Source: the human T2T-CHM13v2.0 reference genome, Homo sapiens
NCBI RefSeq assembly: GCF_009914755.1
Contig: NC_060936.1
DNA length: 64,000 nucleotides
Reading direction: 5' to 3' (one strand)
Part shown: positions 1-19,735 of the stretch, one piece after another
Position numbering within the stretch: the first letter of the stretch is position 1
Layout: every line of letters begins with the position of its first letter
Notes under the pieces: generated by a model
The model's database searches: none
Told to the model about the DNA's origin: nothing
What the model saw: the letters and a program-made list of their open reading frames with translations, nothing else
Made by a program: the position numbers and the translations under genes

Positions 1-196
1 CAAACTAATAAAGACCAAAACAATTCTAATATTAAGCATTAAATAAATATGAGCTATACATGCATTTAAGGAAGATTATGGTCGGTCGCGGTGGCTCACA
101 CTTGTAATCCCAGCACTTTGGGAGGCCCTGGCAGGTGGATCATGAAGTCAGTAGTTCGAGACCAGCCTGGCCAACACAGTGAAACCCCCATCTCTA

Positions 197-477
<281 letters not shown>

Positions 478-595
478 TCACATGGCTCCTGAGGTAGAGA
501 AAGTGCCTCTACTGACGCTGGCCGTTTGTTCCAGATCCCAGGAGGACGCGTTATACCACAATTCTTTTGGGGGGATGCTGGTGAGATACTTATAA

Positions 596-1353
<758 letters not shown>

Positions 1354-2014
1354 TCAGGAGATCGCGGGCGGATCACAAGGTCAGGAGATCGAGACCATCC
1401 TGGCTAACACGGTGAAACCCCGTCTCTACTAAAAATACAAAAATTAGCTGGGCATGGTGGCGGGCACCTGTAGTCCCAGCTACTCCTCCCAGGCTGAGGC
1501 AGGAGAATGGCGTGAACCCTGGAGGCGGAGTGCAGTGAGCCAAGACTGTGCCACTGCACTCCAGCCTGGGCAGCAGAGCGAGACTCCGTCTCAAAAAAAA
1601 AAAAAACAAAAACAAAAAAACAAAAAACAGAGCCCTGACTAACCCCCGTTGTGGCTGACTGTAAGTTCTGTGAAATCAGGGAACACTTGATGATAGCTAG
1701 TAGTTGCCCACTGTGTATCCACTGAAGCACCTACCCTGGCATTCTACACATATTCATAAATGTTTTTGAACAAATGAATGAAACAACTAAGGGTAAAACT
1801 ATCTGCTATTTATCCAGAGGCAGAACCAGAGTCATGGGCCCATGAGTGGACACAAGTAATGGGACACGGAATATTGATCAACCTGTTCTAGATGTAACCT
1901 CAGTGTCTGAATACTAGACAGAGGTGGAACTGAGACAGGCCATAGGTGAGATAACTATTTCACAAGTAAGCTATATCCCATAGCCTTCTTTAAAAGGGTG
2001 AGACAATGATAAGG

Positions 2015-2437
2015 TGTGATAGTTAATTTTATCCATCAATTGGCTGGGCCATGATGTCCAGACGTTTGGCTTAACATTATACTGGATGTTCCCGTGAGGG
2101 TGTTTTTTTGGATGAGATTAACATTCTAATCAGTGGACCTCGAGTAAAGCAGATTGCCCTCCATAATGTGAGTGGCAATCCACGTTCAATCAGTTGAAGG
2201 CCTGAATAGAACAGAAGAGTAATCCCCCAACTCCCACCCAAGCAAGAAGGAATTCTGCCTTCAGACTTGAACTGCAACACCAGCTCTTCCCTGAGGATCC
2301 AGACTGATGGCCCACCTTGCAGATTTTGGACTTGCCATCCTCTATAATCCATGTGAACCAATTCCTTAAACCTCTCTCTCTCTCTCTTCCCCTACATCTT
2401 GTTGCTTCTGTTTCTCTGGAGAATCCTGACTACTACA
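2015..2437. mobile_element. MLT2-family (ERVL) solo LTR
   Basis: TGTGATAGTTAATTTT start, GATGAGATTAACATT core, internal (CT)n, CTGTTTCTCTGGAGAATCCTGACTACTACA end. Confidence 0.8.
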
Positions 2438-2956
2438 CAAGTTTCTGGTAATAATGACTCAATTTTTCTTTCTTTTTTTTTTGACACAGGGTCTCACTGT
2501 TGCCAGCGCTGGAGTGCAGATCATAGCTCACTGCAGACTACCTCCTGGGCTCAAGCGATTCTCCCACCTCAGCCTCCCCATTAACTGGGACTACAGATGC
2601 ACACCACACTGGTTAATTTTTTTTGTAGAGCTGAAATTCACCATGCTGGCCAGGCTGGTCTCAAACTCATTAGCTCAAGTGATCTGCCTGCCTCAGCCTC
2701 CCAAAATGCTGGGATTACAGGTGTGAGCCACTGTTCCTGGCTATCAATTTTTCAAATAAGACAGAACATATGAAATATTTCCTGGCAATAGCTTGGAGAA
2801 GGTGAACCAAGTCAGAGTACATAGTTAACTTTTCCATGGCAAAAAGCCCAAGGATTGGTGATGAGCCACTCTGATATAAGTATTCATAAACTCAGCCGGG
2901 CATGGTGGCTCACGCCTATAATCCCAGCACTCTGGGAGGCCGAGGCGGGCAGATCA

Positions 2957-3521
<565 letters not shown>

Positions 3522-3832
3522 TCATAAACTCGCCAGGCACAGTGGCTGACACTTGTGATCCCAGCATTTTGGGAGGCCAAGGCAGGAGGATTGCTTGACT
3601 TCAGGAGTTCGAGACCACTCTGGGCAGTATAGGCAGACTTCATCTCTACCAAAAAAAAAAAAAAAAAAAAAAAATTAAAAAAGTAGTTAGGGTTGGTGGT
3701 GAATTCATGTAGTCCTAGCTACTCAGGAGGCTGAGTGGGAGGATTGCTTGAGGTCAGGAGACAAGAGGCTGCAGTGAGGCATGATCATGCCACTGCACTC
3801 CAGCTTGGGCAACAAAATAAGACCCTGTCTCA

Positions 3833-3877
<45 letters not shown>

Positions 3878-4491
3878 ACACACAGAATTCATAAACTCTT
3901 ATTTTTGAGGTGACCAGCTCTGTGGATCTGGATATCCTTCACGCTAGGCATTTGAAACTGGGGCTAATGCTGTGTGGGTTTACTTTAGGTTATTATAGTG
4001 TACTTAAAAACATATATTGATGAGAGATTACACATATAAACACAAATATTTCAAGTGTATACTGTAATGCCAGAACTCTGGGAGGCCAAAGCAGAAGAAT
4101 CACTTGAACCCAGGAGTTCAAGACCAGCCTGGGCAGCATAGGGAGATTCCATCTCTACCAAAAAAAAGAAAAAAAAAGAAAAAAAGAAAAAAGAAATTAG
4201 CCAGGCATGGTGGCTTGAGACTGTAGTCCCAGCTACTCAGGAAGCTGAGGTGGAAGGATCATTTGAGTCCAGGAGGTCAAGGCTGCTGTGAGCCATGATC
4301 ACACCACCGCACTCCAGCCTGGGTGAAAAAGTGAGAACCTGTCTCAAAAATAAAAATAAATAAAAATTTAAAAAGTGTACCCTTTGATGAGTTTTGACAT
4401 ATATCTATCACAATGAAGATAATAAACATCCTTCACTCCTTTTCCTTGTGGCTCTTTGTAATCTATACCTGTCTCCATCTCTATCTACAGT

Positions 4492-4927
4492 TGTGATGGA
4501 TAATTTTGTTTCAAGCTGCCTGGGCTAAGGGATGCCCAGATAGCTGGTAAAACATTATTTCTGGGTGTGTCTGTGACAGTGTTTCCAGAAGAGCTTAGCA
4601 TTTGACTTGGTAGACTGCATAAAGAAGATCACTTTCGTTAATGTGGGTGAGCATCATCCCATCCATTGAGGGCCTGGATAGAAAAAAGGCAGAAGGGTGA
4701 ATCTGCTACTCTTTGAACTGGGACATCTATCTTCTCCTGCCCTCAGACATCAGTGTTCCTGGTTTTGGGCCTTTGGTCTTTCACGAGGGCTTAGGCCATC
4801 ACTTCCTTTGGTTGTCAGGCCTTCAGACTCACTCTGAATTAAACCACTGGCTTTCCTAGTTTTCCAGTTTGCAGATGAAAGATTGTGTGATTCTTGGCCT
4901 CCATAATCATGTGAGCCAATTCCTAGA

Positions 4928-4964
<37 letters not shown>

Positions 4965-5076
4965 ATCTATCCACCCATCCATCCACCACCCACCTACCTA
5001 CCTACCTACCTACCTATCAATCATCTGTCTATCCATCCATCCTATTGGCTCTGTTTCTCTGGAGAATCCTAATGCA
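4492..5076. mobile_element. MLT2-family (ERVL) solo LTR inserted in an old L1
   Basis: TGTGATGGATAATTTT...CTGTTTCTCTGGAGAATCCTAATGCA; 5-bp TSD ACAGT/ACAGG; L1M-like 3' UTR sequence on both sides (~4370-4490, ~5077-5150). Confidence 0.8.
4928..5042. repeat. (TATC)n plus (CCAY/CCTA)n compound tetranucleotide STR inside the MLT2 LTR
   Basis: Visible TCTATCTATC... followed by CCACCCATCC and CTACCTAC arrays. Confidence 0.9.
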
Positions 5077-5216
5077 ACAGGCAACCACTGATCTACTTTC
5101 TGTCACTTTAGATTATTTTGCATTTTCTAAAGTTTTATGTAATTGGAATTGATAAAACTTTTGCCAATGCTGTTAGAGCTCCCCCCTCCCCTTTTTTTTT
5201 TCCCCCTGAGATGTAG

Positions 5217-5498
<282 letters not shown>

Positions 5499-5674
5499 TA
5501 GGGCCTCCTCTTCTAGTTGCTTTGGCTACTTCTGGTCACATCCTCATCAGACGAGTTGTGTTGCTTTGAGGCAGAGTCTGTCTGAGGCTTGGCAAGCCCC
5601 CTTCAATCTACACCCTCCCCCACAACCCTTGCTCTAGAAGCCACTTTCCAGCCCCTTTTATTAAGTAACCTACT

Positions 5675-6009
5675 TGCTATGGCCTGAATGTGTCTCCCCA
5701 AAATTCATACGTTGAAATCCAATGTGAGACATTTGGGAGGTGATTAGGTCATAAGGTAGGAGTCTTCATGGACAGGATTAGTGCCCCTATAAAAGAGGCC
5801 CCAGATTGCTGCTTGCTCCTTCCACCACGTGAGGACACAGCTAGAAGGTGCTATGAACCAGGAAGTGGGCCCACACTAGACACTGAATCTGCCAGTACCT
5901 TGATCTCAGACTTTCCAGCCTCTAGAACAGTGAGAAATAAATTTGTTAGTTACAGGCTACCTAAAGTTCTTGCTATACTATTATACACCAGCCCAAATAG
6001 ACCGAGACA
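5675..6009. mobile_element. MaLR solo LTR (MLT1A-like)
   Basis: TGCTATGGCCTGAATGTGTCTCCCCCAAAATTCATACGTTGAAATCC ... CCAGCCTCTAGAACAGTGAGAAATAAATTT ... GAGACA; perfect 5-bp TSD CTACT. Confidence 0.85.
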
Positions 6010-6272
6010 CTACTGTTCCTTTCCCTGTTTCCTAAAGCCATGAAGGACCCAGATAGGCTTTTATTTTTTTTCCCCTGCAGCTCACTGTGACCTTTCTAGT
6101 TTCTCTTCCTCTAACTGGATAATGAATGCCGCAGCCCTGTCCCCTGAGGGGTCCCTTCAGTTAGGTCCCTAAACACACATGCTGGGCTCCCTGGCAGCCA
6201 GAGAGGGCAAGTGGGGATTCAGATCCTGCCCCTTCGAGATCTCCCCATGCTAACTAGCACATTCTGCTTCTC

Positions 6273-6275
<3 letters not shown>

Positions 6276-6311
<36 letters not shown>
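6276..6311. repeat. (TG)n microsatellite, about 18 units
   Basis: Directly visible. Confidence 0.95.
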
Positions 6312-6316
<5 letters not shown>

Positions 6317-6384
6317 CAACATGTATGTCAGAAGGATGGATAAAGTTCTTGCTATGTAAAGTTGCAAAAATAGGTTTTAGCATA

Positions 6385-6421
6385 TTTATTTTGGAAAATC
6401 AACCTGTTTTAAAGTTTTATT
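6385..6421 (-). terminator. Candidate poly(A) signals for the IKBIP distal last exon
   Basis: TTTATT on + (AATAAA on -) at 6385-6390 and 6416-6421, 130-170 nt after the stop codon. Confidence 0.6.
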
Positions 6422-6551
6422 TTTACTGTACAAAATAGGATTAAATATAAAATGACTTTTGCTCCAAAATATCATTATTTTTGATTTACCAGTCTTCTCA
6501 TGAGAGGTCCCATTAAAAAAATTACCTTAGTCTAATCTCAATAACGTCAAA

Positions 6552-7307
6552 CTAATTCATATCTGAAATGTGTGCTATTTCATCTTTAATATCCTTAATC
6601 TCAGCTTGGACTATTGTTAAATTAGATATTTTTTCACTTAAGAAAGCAATTTCTTTCTCTCTTTGTAGTAAGTCGGTAACCAATCTCCCAATGCGTAGTG
6701 TTAAATCATTTACTAATGGTTCTAAACGGGAAAAGTCCTTCTTTAGATTATACACCTTTGGTTTTAGATCATTTGCAAAAGTCACTGTCTTCAGAACTTT
6801 GGCTCTGTCACTTTCTAAGCTTAGAAATCTATCTGTATGTTTGTCGAAGTCACTCTTTAGTTCGGTTAGCGTCTTCTTAACAGAGTTAATTCTTTGTGAA
6901 TTTTCAGATGCTGTCTTTCGGAGCGTTGCTGTTCGATCAATACTGCTTGAAAGAAGATCACCTATATTTTTTACTGTATTTTTTTCTACTTTCTCTATTT
7001 TATTTTCTAGTTCTTGCACAGAATCTGTCAATGATATTACATCAGTTACTAAACCTGAAATCCGTCGTATATCTGTTTTTACACTTGTAATCTTGAGACC
7101 AACATCTTTTGCCATGGAAGTTGTACTTTGGTCTACTTTTGTAATGTCTTGAGAAAGCGTCGTCAGACTGTTGTTCAGTATATCCTGTTTTTCAGTTATC
7201 CTATTGGACCAAGTTTTTACCTCATTAATTTCTTCCTGTAGACGCTTTAGATGAGCAATTATTTGAAAAGACTTCAATTGTTCCATGATAGCTTCAGATT
7301 TCTGCCA
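6552..7307 (-). CDS. IKBIP: IKBIP distal alternative last exon (350-aa isoform), coiled coil
   Basis: Acceptor TTCTTATAG|TGGCAG in phase 0; 756 nt open to TAG; WQKSEAIMEQ...HISDMN (251 aa); 99+251=350 aa; N-glycosylation sequons NNS and NLT. Confidence 0.95.
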   Translation of the reverse strand, partial: WQKSEAIMEQLKSFQIIAHLKRLQEEINEVKTWSNRITEKQDILNNSLTTLSQDITKVDQSTTSMAKDVGLKITSVKTDIRRISGLVTDVISLTDSVQELENKIEKVEKNTVKNIGDLLSSSIDRTATLRKTASENSQRINSVKKTLTELKSDFDKHTDRFLSLESDRAKVLKTVTFANDLKPKVYNLKKDFSRLEPLVNDLTLRIGRLVTDLLQREKEIAFLSEKISNLTIVQAEIKDIKDEIAHISDMN

Positions 7308-8007
7308 CTATAAGAAAATATAATATCACAATGATTAAATGTATTAGAAGCTTACCATTTAAAATTCATCTTAAATTTTATATTTCTTTTTAATTTTAAT
7401 TTTTTTTTTGAGACAGAGGCTTGTTCTGTTACCCAGGATGGAGTGCAGTGGCACGATCTTGGCTCACTGAAACCTCCACCTCCTGGGTTCCAGCGATTTT
7501 CCTGACTCAGCCTCCCAAGTAGCTGGGATTACAGGCACCCGCCCCCACCTCAGCTAACTTTTTTTGTATTTTTAGTAGAGACGGGTCTTCACCATGTTGG
7601 ACAGGCTGGTCTCGATCTCCTGACCTCTGGTTATCTGCCCACCTCGGCCTCCTAAATCCATGCCTGGGATTACAGGCGTGAGCCACCACGCCCTGCCTTA
7701 TGTTATTTTTTAACTACACTTTACTGTTCTTCTGGAAAGCATATGGTAAAAGACGACTTCAGAAGTAAGAGAATTTAGAACAATGTAAGTGAATTACTAA
7801 TGAATAAGAAGGAAACATTAAGAAAATTTCATGAAATGTCCCTGGAAATTACATTTTTTACATTATAATATTTTCACAATTGGTCTTCTGTACAGTAATA
7901 AAATGAGCTACATGAGACAGTGATGTGGTTTTTCAGTTGCTGGAGAAGGGAAAAGGAAGTTTCTTCCAGTTGAGCTTTGCTAGGTGAGACAAGGCAACAT
8001 AAGTTCT

Positions 8008-9935
<1,928 letters not shown>

Positions 9936-11049
9936 AGGCAACTGCAAATAAGTTATAGCAAATGCTAGAATGAAGGGACCAATGTCCAAGACTATATGTC
10001 TACGCTTTATTGGCCTGTAACTTTTATGAACAGTTTTCTGGCCTATCTAACTATCCATGAGACCTTGAATAATTCAAATTCTCAAGTTCCTAGTATGTTG
10101 TTAGGCATGCAAAATATGTGGAACATAAAGATGAGTATAACTCGAGTTGTGGCCTCAACTTAGTTTAGTAGAGAAGACAGATAAGTAAAAGAAAAGAATT
10201 TCCAAGGTTCTAAAATTCTGATTCCAAATGCAGCTGTTTTTCAACTTTTGTATGTTTCAATGTCATCCTTCTTCCCCACTATACATTATGAACTGAAAGC
10301 TCTTAAATTGTCACCTTGATTTAACTTGGACACATTAACTGATAAACATTTGGAGCCACCCAAGTGTCTGGCAACATCTTGAGTTGTTATTTTTGTTGTT
10401 GTTTGTGGTGATGGTCCTGTGTCTGTGCACACACATGTGCGTGCCTATATAGCAGTGTTGGGGAGTTGAGTATTTTATCAAACTTTAAATATTTGACATT
10501 TTATTGCATTGTGCCATCAGTTAATAAAATGAAGAAGGGAAAATTACATAGCGATAAGATGGGTAGATCTCATAAACCACACAAAGTTGGATAAAGTCGT
10601 ACAATTAAAACAAAGATGGAAATCAGGTAAGACTATTTAGCTTCAATCAGAAGATTAGCCTATGGACTGTGTGCTCAATTATGAAGAAAAATAAATTAAG
10701 AAACAAATGTAAAATGGCTAGAAATACATTGCTAATGCGTATGCCCAAAGACAGATATACAGTAATTACTCTGGAAAAAGAATCCCATTTATAATGTGTA
10801 AGTCAATCATTTGACTTTTGCATATTTAACTTTCAGCTTGTTTTCTAGGAAAGTACTATGTTGTAAAGTAGGAAATTATAACTTTCTATTAATAACCAAA
10901 ACTAGTTTGATTTGACAGCATATACTGTACTACAGTATGTCCTAGTATGATCAAGAACAGTCTCTGCTTTTAGGGAGTTTGTAGTTTAGTTTGGGACACA
11001 GAATGTCGATAAATGTGTTACTTAAAATTCAGAAAAGAAGAAATAAAAA

Positions 11050-11160
11050 AGCTTGAGTCCAGGAGTTTGACGCTGTAGTGTGCTATGATTGCGCCTATGA
11101 ATACCAACTGTGCTCCAGCCTGGGCACATAGCAAGACCCCCATCTCTAAAACAAAAAAAT
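11050..11160 (+). mobile_element. Fossil Alu monomer (FAM-like) fragment
   Basis: GCTATGATTGCGCCTATGAATACCAACTGTGCTCCAGCCTGGGC, the 7SL-like segment of FAM. Confidence 0.6.
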
Positions 11161-11486
11161 TGAAATTAAAATTTATAAAAACAAATAGACTGTAAAACAT
11201 TTTTACAAAATTAAATATGCAGTTTAATCTAAAGATATCTTTTTTTCTAAAATAATTGTGTATTTCTTCAATGTTTTCTTATCAATTATCTTTCTTAAAA
11301 GAAAAAATTGAGGCCAGGCGCGGTGGCTCACGCCTGTAATCCCAGCACTTTGGGAGGCCGAGGTGGGCGGATCACAAGGTCAAGAGATCGAGACCATCCT
11401 GGCTAATGCAGTGAAACCCTGTCTCTACTAAAAATACAAAAAATTAGCCGGGCGTAGTGGTGGGCGCCTGTAGTCCCAGCTACTCA

Positions 11487-11627
<141 letters not shown>

Positions 11628-12726
11628 TCACTATGCTGCCCAGGCTGGTCTTGAACTCCTGGCTCAAGTGATCCTCCCAAAGTGCTGGGATTACAGGCGT
11701 GAGCCACCACACCTAGCTTGAATTATCTTTCTTAAATTGTATTTGGATTACTTGGCTAATGCCAACCTTTTGAGATTATTTTGGTTATCATACATTTAGT
11801 TTTACTTAACACAAATAAAAATGAATTATGCTCAGAATATTATTTTGAGGGCAGCTTTAAAAAGAAGCATCCATATAGTTGCAAAATAATTATAATGAAG
11901 TACAGAAATGGGACAGTAGGACAAAATAATTCTAAGTAGCAACCCCCCCACTTCGCCCCATCATAAATGTTTAATTTCAAAATACACTTGAGGATTTTTC
12001 TCCTCAATTGCTTTATGCTTAAATTAATTATTGGTGGATAAGGTGGCCCAAAATGTGTTTTTTGGTAGAGAAGTGAGTTTGCGAAATGTTCCTGTGGGTA
12101 TGACATTAAGCGGTAGCCACAAATAGGAAGGAAACCAAGAAGTGATTGCAAAATCACATTTTATTTTTAAGGAGGAAGTTTTGCAACATAGTGTATTTGA
12201 TGAAACAATCTCCCAAGGGAGAAAGGACTAGACGGCTACTTTAATCTATTTCATTACCAGGTTATCATTTATTAATGTATCTACTCTGGTAAAAGTAGCT
12301 TAATAGCAATTAAACAATTAAGATGTTGATGAATGAGCTTAGCTTATTCTTAGAAGGATCAGATTATTAGGAAGAAGCTGTTAGTAAACCTCTTTGTTTC
12401 ACTTGGTTGTTTATAATAGCAATGTATCATGAACTTCTATTGATCTTTATGAAAATATAAGCTCAATACAGTGTGGTAATAGTCTACAGATTGTTGTATT
12501 AAGTTATTTTAAAAATTACTTCGGGTTTGGTTAACCTATTTGCCTAGGATGGATAGAAGAGTTAGAGTCTATCAGTAGCTGAAAACAGCACATCAGTGAA
12601 GGCTGGGGATGGTGGCTCACGCCCGTAATCCCAGCACTTTGTGAGGCGGGGTGGATGGGTCACTTGAGCTCAGGAGTTCAAGACCAGCCTGGGCAACATG
12701 GTGAAACTCCATCTCTACAAAAATTA

Positions 12727-13115
<389 letters not shown>

Positions 13116-13254
13116 TGACCTCAAGTAATCCGCCCACCTCAGACTCCCAAAGTGCTGGGATTACAGGCATGAGCCACTGCCCCCGGCCAGAATATTTATT
13201 AAATTCCTATCATATATTCAAGGTATGAGGTTAGATGCTGTCCTGTAATGTTAA

Positions 13255-13631
<377 letters not shown>

Positions 13632-13702
13632 TAGGTTCTTTGAATTCTATTAAAGGACCTGGAAATTTTATTGATCTGTATAATTTAAAACCATTTAGAT
13701 CA

Positions 13703-13807
<105 letters not shown>

Positions 13808-13914
13808 TCATCTCTACTTTTTTTTATATTAAAAAAAGAGTAAATAAGTAAATAAAACCACTTAAAGCCAGAAGGCATCTTAGGGATTATTGATATAATT
13901 CTCTCCTTTTACTA

Positions 13915-14249
<335 letters not shown>

Positions 14250-14826
14250 CTAAAATAAAGTGCCCAGAATATGCAGTGGCAAAACCTATTAATAGATTAG
14301 AGGAGTACAGCCTAGGACTCTTCAGCACTGCTTTTTCCTCTTCTCCAACATTTATTCATTTATTGATTCCTTCTCATGCTCAAGGGCCAAACAATTTTAG
14401 AGCACAGCTACAGCTTTTGAGGGACTGAGTCTGGTTTAATGGCAACATGGTAGAGAACACATTTGACTCAATTATTGCTTTTTGAGTTATCGAGATAGTT
14501 CTACTAACAGCAGATTTGTTGTGATTTTTCTCCCCTAGTTGAACAGTAGCAGGCTCCATGGTGTAGTGAGATGTCCTTGGCCTCTGGAATTGAACAGACC
14601 TAGGTCTACAGTGTGACTGCAAGATTCCCAATGTTCCTAAGTCTCCATTTCCTTATTTGTAAAATGGGTCTAATAGCTAGTAAAGGTGTAGTAAGGATTA
14701 GTGATAATGACTGGCACAAGGTAGGTAATCAATATATAGAGCTGTTATGATGACGATAATGAAGGCTGGACGCGGTGGCTCATGTCTGTAATCCCAGCAC
14801 TTTGGGAGGCCGAGGTAGACGGATCA

Positions 14827-15120
<294 letters not shown>

Positions 15121-16050
15121 TTAACAGGTGCTGAAGTGTTAGTTCTCTCCTCTCCTGCTGTGTAAAGCTGGGGTGGAGTATTTTGATTTGTATTAAATTA
15201 ATAGTTTATAGGCTGGGTATGGTGGCTTACACCTCTAATCCCAGCACTTTGGGAAGACCAGATGGGAGAACTGCTTCAGCCCAGGAGTTTGAGACCAGCC
15301 TGGGCAACATAATGAGACTGTTTCTACAAAAAAATAAAATTAGCTTGGCATGGCGGTGTGCACCTGTAGTCCCAGCAATCGGAGGAGCTGAGATGGGAGG
15401 ATCCCTTGGGCCCAGGAAGTTGACACTGTGGTGAGCAGTGCTCACGCCACTACACTCCAGCCTGGGTGACAGAGTGAGACCCTGTCCCAAAATTAATTAA
15501 TAGCTTATAAATTGAAATGAGCAGGTGCTAGGAAAATTTGTAGAGCTTTTGTCAACTGTGCAAATATGGGGTAAGTCTACAAAGGATGTTTTTTTTTTTT
15601 TCTTATTGAGTTTGGTAAATTTTCAGCATCATTACTGTGTAATGGCATCATATCAAAATTTGAACAATGTTATAGATTCATACAAAGGTCTACAATTAGG
15701 TTGAGAAGAAAAATAATACTACTAATTTTGCATCTTATGGGTTTTTCTATGAAGCCACACAGGCTAATAAATCAAGATTTTTGGTTATAAAATATACAAG
15801 TATAATTAGTCAATAGTTTCTGATCATTAAGCAAAATTTAAGGCAATATTACATTTAAAAATTATATATTCAAAAGTTTAAAAATAATTAGGTGCTTGTA
15901 TTGTAAAAGTGATTTATTCCTGTTAACATTAAAAAAATTGATCCAGTACTTTTACTTTTTTTTTTGAGATGGAGTCTCACTCTGTTGCCAGGCTGTAGTG
16001 CAATGGCGTGATTTTGGCTCACTGCAACCTCTGCCTCCCGGTTCAAGTGA

Positions 16051-16383
<333 letters not shown>

Positions 16384-16386
16384 TGA

Positions 16387-16605
<219 letters not shown>

Positions 16606-17717
16606 TAAGCCACTCTGCCTCAGCCTCCCAAAGTATTGGGATTACAAGTATGAGGCACTGTGCCTGGCCACTTTATAAGAAATTAATTGACATAAAATTT
16701 ATTATCAGTTACAAAGATACAAAAATGTGTTTTAGGATATTGGTAATTTTCCCTAAAGAAAAGACTAACAATGTAATTTAATATTTGATACACAGGAAAG
16801 TTTTTGAAATTTTAAGCATCTGTGTTAAATAAATGAATGGAAGAAAGAGAGAAAGACAAATTAAGTACATCTAAATCTCTCTAATAATTTCTTAATAGGA
16901 AAACCTCTTCGTAAATACAGGATATATCTATCTAGATATCTATACATACATACAAACGCATATATACTTTAATAGTTTTCTCATGTTATACTTGTAGAAG
17001 TGCAGTTTTCTTCCTTTCCCTTGTGTCATTATAGAGAACAGTAGCCACCTTGTTTCCATTTACTTTCAGTAACCATTACCATGGTATATATAAGTTCATA
17101 ATAACCTCATATTAAATGTGGTGATCGGTGAGAAAAAAATATTTAAACGTAAAGGATATAAGATAAGAGATCACATTTGCCTTGACAGGATGGAGGTTAA
17201 AACAACAAAGTTCCAGCTTACTTTATAATCTATTTTATTACCATTAATATAAAAGTAAACAAATAGAATTTTGTCAGTGCACGCAAATAAGAGACATTCA
17301 GAAGTCAAGAAGTGTAATTTTAAGACTGCAAAAATTAATGCTATGCCCCTTAATAACAGAACTCTCCAGGCTTATTTTCATGATTCACGCTGTCTACCAC
17401 AGGCCCTCCTAACTCCAGTGGAGAAGGAGTTTGGGGGTTCTCCAAAAACTTGCAAATTTACATATTAAAACTACTTGACCACAACTACCTTTTTGTAACT
17501 GACTGCTTTCAAGTTCTTTGTGTTTAATTCCATCAAAAACTGCATTATAAAACTGGTAAGGTTATTGACAAAGAAACAAGAACAAACTTCCATATTGCAG
17601 TTGACTACATTATATAATTTCAAATAAAATAAAATCAATTCATAAAACAAATTTAGTGGTGTGGTTTGGGAAATCTTTAAAATGACGTATTTTTAACTAT
17701 CATAGTTATTATCATAA

Positions 17718-17901
<184 letters not shown>

Positions 17902-18898
17902 TAGCTGGGACTACAGGCACCCACCACCACGCCTGGCTAATTTTTTGTATTTTTTAGTAGAGACAGGGTTTCACCCTGTTAGCCAGATGGTCTTGATCTC
18001 CTGACTTCGTGATCTGCCCACCTCGGCCTCCCAAAGTGCTAGGATTACAGGTGTGAGCCACTGCGCCTGGCCTATTTAAGTAAACCATCTAGAGACCATG
18101 GATCTAGCAAACTCATGTCTAACACAGTTGGAACCTAAAACTCAGGTATATAAAGATATTTCAAAGATTTATATACACATAATTCCTAAGAAAGGCCTTA
18201 TGTAAGAACATACTTACTCTGATTTTAAAAGTCTTACAAGTATCTGTAACACAGTTTAGAACCTTAACAAAAACTAAAATGTTTCCCAGGCTTTAGAGTT
18301 TTCAGAAAGTGCATATTAATTCATAGCAAAGGCACCAGGCTCTCCCTCAGGCATGTTATCTTTTATTTTACACAAAATTCCCATGAACTTGGTTGTGTGG
18401 ATTCTTAACCTGCAGTGAATTACCTAAGAAAGTGAACTGGCTGAGGCAGGCACATTACCAACCAACCTGACAGTAAGTTCAGGTGACAGAAAAGGTATGA
18501 GACATAGGTTTGAAAATGGCAAATTGGGGTCATTTAGTGAAGTGGTAAATACTCTTTATTAGCCCCTGGAGACATCAATATATGTGGGTACAATATAATA
18601 GGTGAAATTAATGATGATGTCCATTAATGCTTTAAAAAACATTAAAAATATTAAGTATCTTGTTTTAAAAGTAGAGAAATATTTTTAAAGAACTATTTCT
18701 ATTTCAAATAGTTACAATGAAGTAAGTTTTAGTGCTTAAAAAGATAAGCTTTGATTATGTGGATAATCCATTTGTGTGGACATCTCATTTATTTTCCAAT
18801 AATGTAGGATAAGATGAGGCGTATCAAAGTAACTCAAAATCAATGGACTAATCAATTTATGTATAATGATATGGTTCATCAGAATAAATGTCATGAAT

Positions 18899-19735
18899 TT
18901 AAAAATCACCACCAATTCCTTTATTTTCTATATTATATTCTTTTAAAGTTCCCTTTTCTCCTGTACTTGAGTATGCTATAAAATCATGAACTTTTTCTTT
19001 TAGAATATCCAGTTCATTTTGCATCTTTAATATGCTATTATCATACTGAATTCCTTCAAGGGTTTTCTGCATCTCCATTATTTCAGACACTGCTTTCAGC
19101 ATATCATCTTCCATATTAAACATCTGCATAGTCAAGTCTTCCATTTTCTTTTCTGTTTCTATCAGATCCTGAGAGACTCTGAGAACAGAGTGAATAGCAC
19201 TTTCAATTGTTGGCAAATGTGTCTTGCATTCTTCAACTTTGGGTTCGTAGTCGGAAAGTTTATTAGTCAGATCTTCATCTCTGGCAAAGAGGGCATGCTG
19301 TTCCTCTTCTAACTTTTCAATTGCCTTTGTATCAGAGCCTAGCTGCTCCTCTACTCGCAGGAGATCTTCTTCTTCTTGTCTTTTTACTGTTCTAATATTT
19401 CTTAGTGTGCTATCTTCCAAATCTTTTAGCCGTTCAGTGAGCAATTTTATTTCCTGCTCAGCTGAGTTAATTTGGACAGTTACTTGAGAATGTATATGTT
19501 TTGCTTCTGATTTGAAAATGTCTGTATTAATGTTCATTTCTTCTAGGCTTCTCTTCCAGAAATCCGTAATATTCTGAAATTTCTCATTAAGGCTTTGCAT
19601 CCTTTGAGTGAGCACCTCTTCATTATTTTGAATGTCATGCATGATATCTTGGAGGTTGGATACTTCCTGCTCAAACTGGGTCATCAAAGACATGGATGAT
19701 GTAGCTTCCTGCAGGATGCTTTCAGTAGACTCAAG
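18899..19735 (-). CDS. IKBIP: IKBIP proximal alternative last exon (377-aa isoform), acidic coiled coil
   Basis: Acceptor TGCAG|CTTGAG in phase 0; 837 nt open to TAA; LESTESILQ...GIGGDF (278 aa); 99+278=377 aa. Confidence 0.95.
   Translation of the reverse strand, partial: LESTESILQEATSSMSLMTQFEQEVSNLQDIMHDIQNNEEVLTQRMQSLNEKFQNITDFWKRSLEEMNINTDIFKSEAKHIHSQVTVQINSAEQEIKLLTERLKDLEDSTLRNIRTVKRQEEEDLLRVEEQLGSDTKAIEKLEEEQHALFARDEDLTNKLSDYEPKVEECKTHLPTIESAIHSVLRVSQDLIETEKKMEDLTMQMFNMEDDMLKAVSEIMEMQKTLEGIQYDNSILKMQNELDILKEKVHDFIAYSSTGEKGTLKEYNIENKGIGGDF

Noticed and set aside
6568-7152. 194-aa plus-strand ORF
   Set aside because: Antisense shadow of the IKBIP distal exon; S/F/L/V-rich composition expected from the complement of K/E-rich codons
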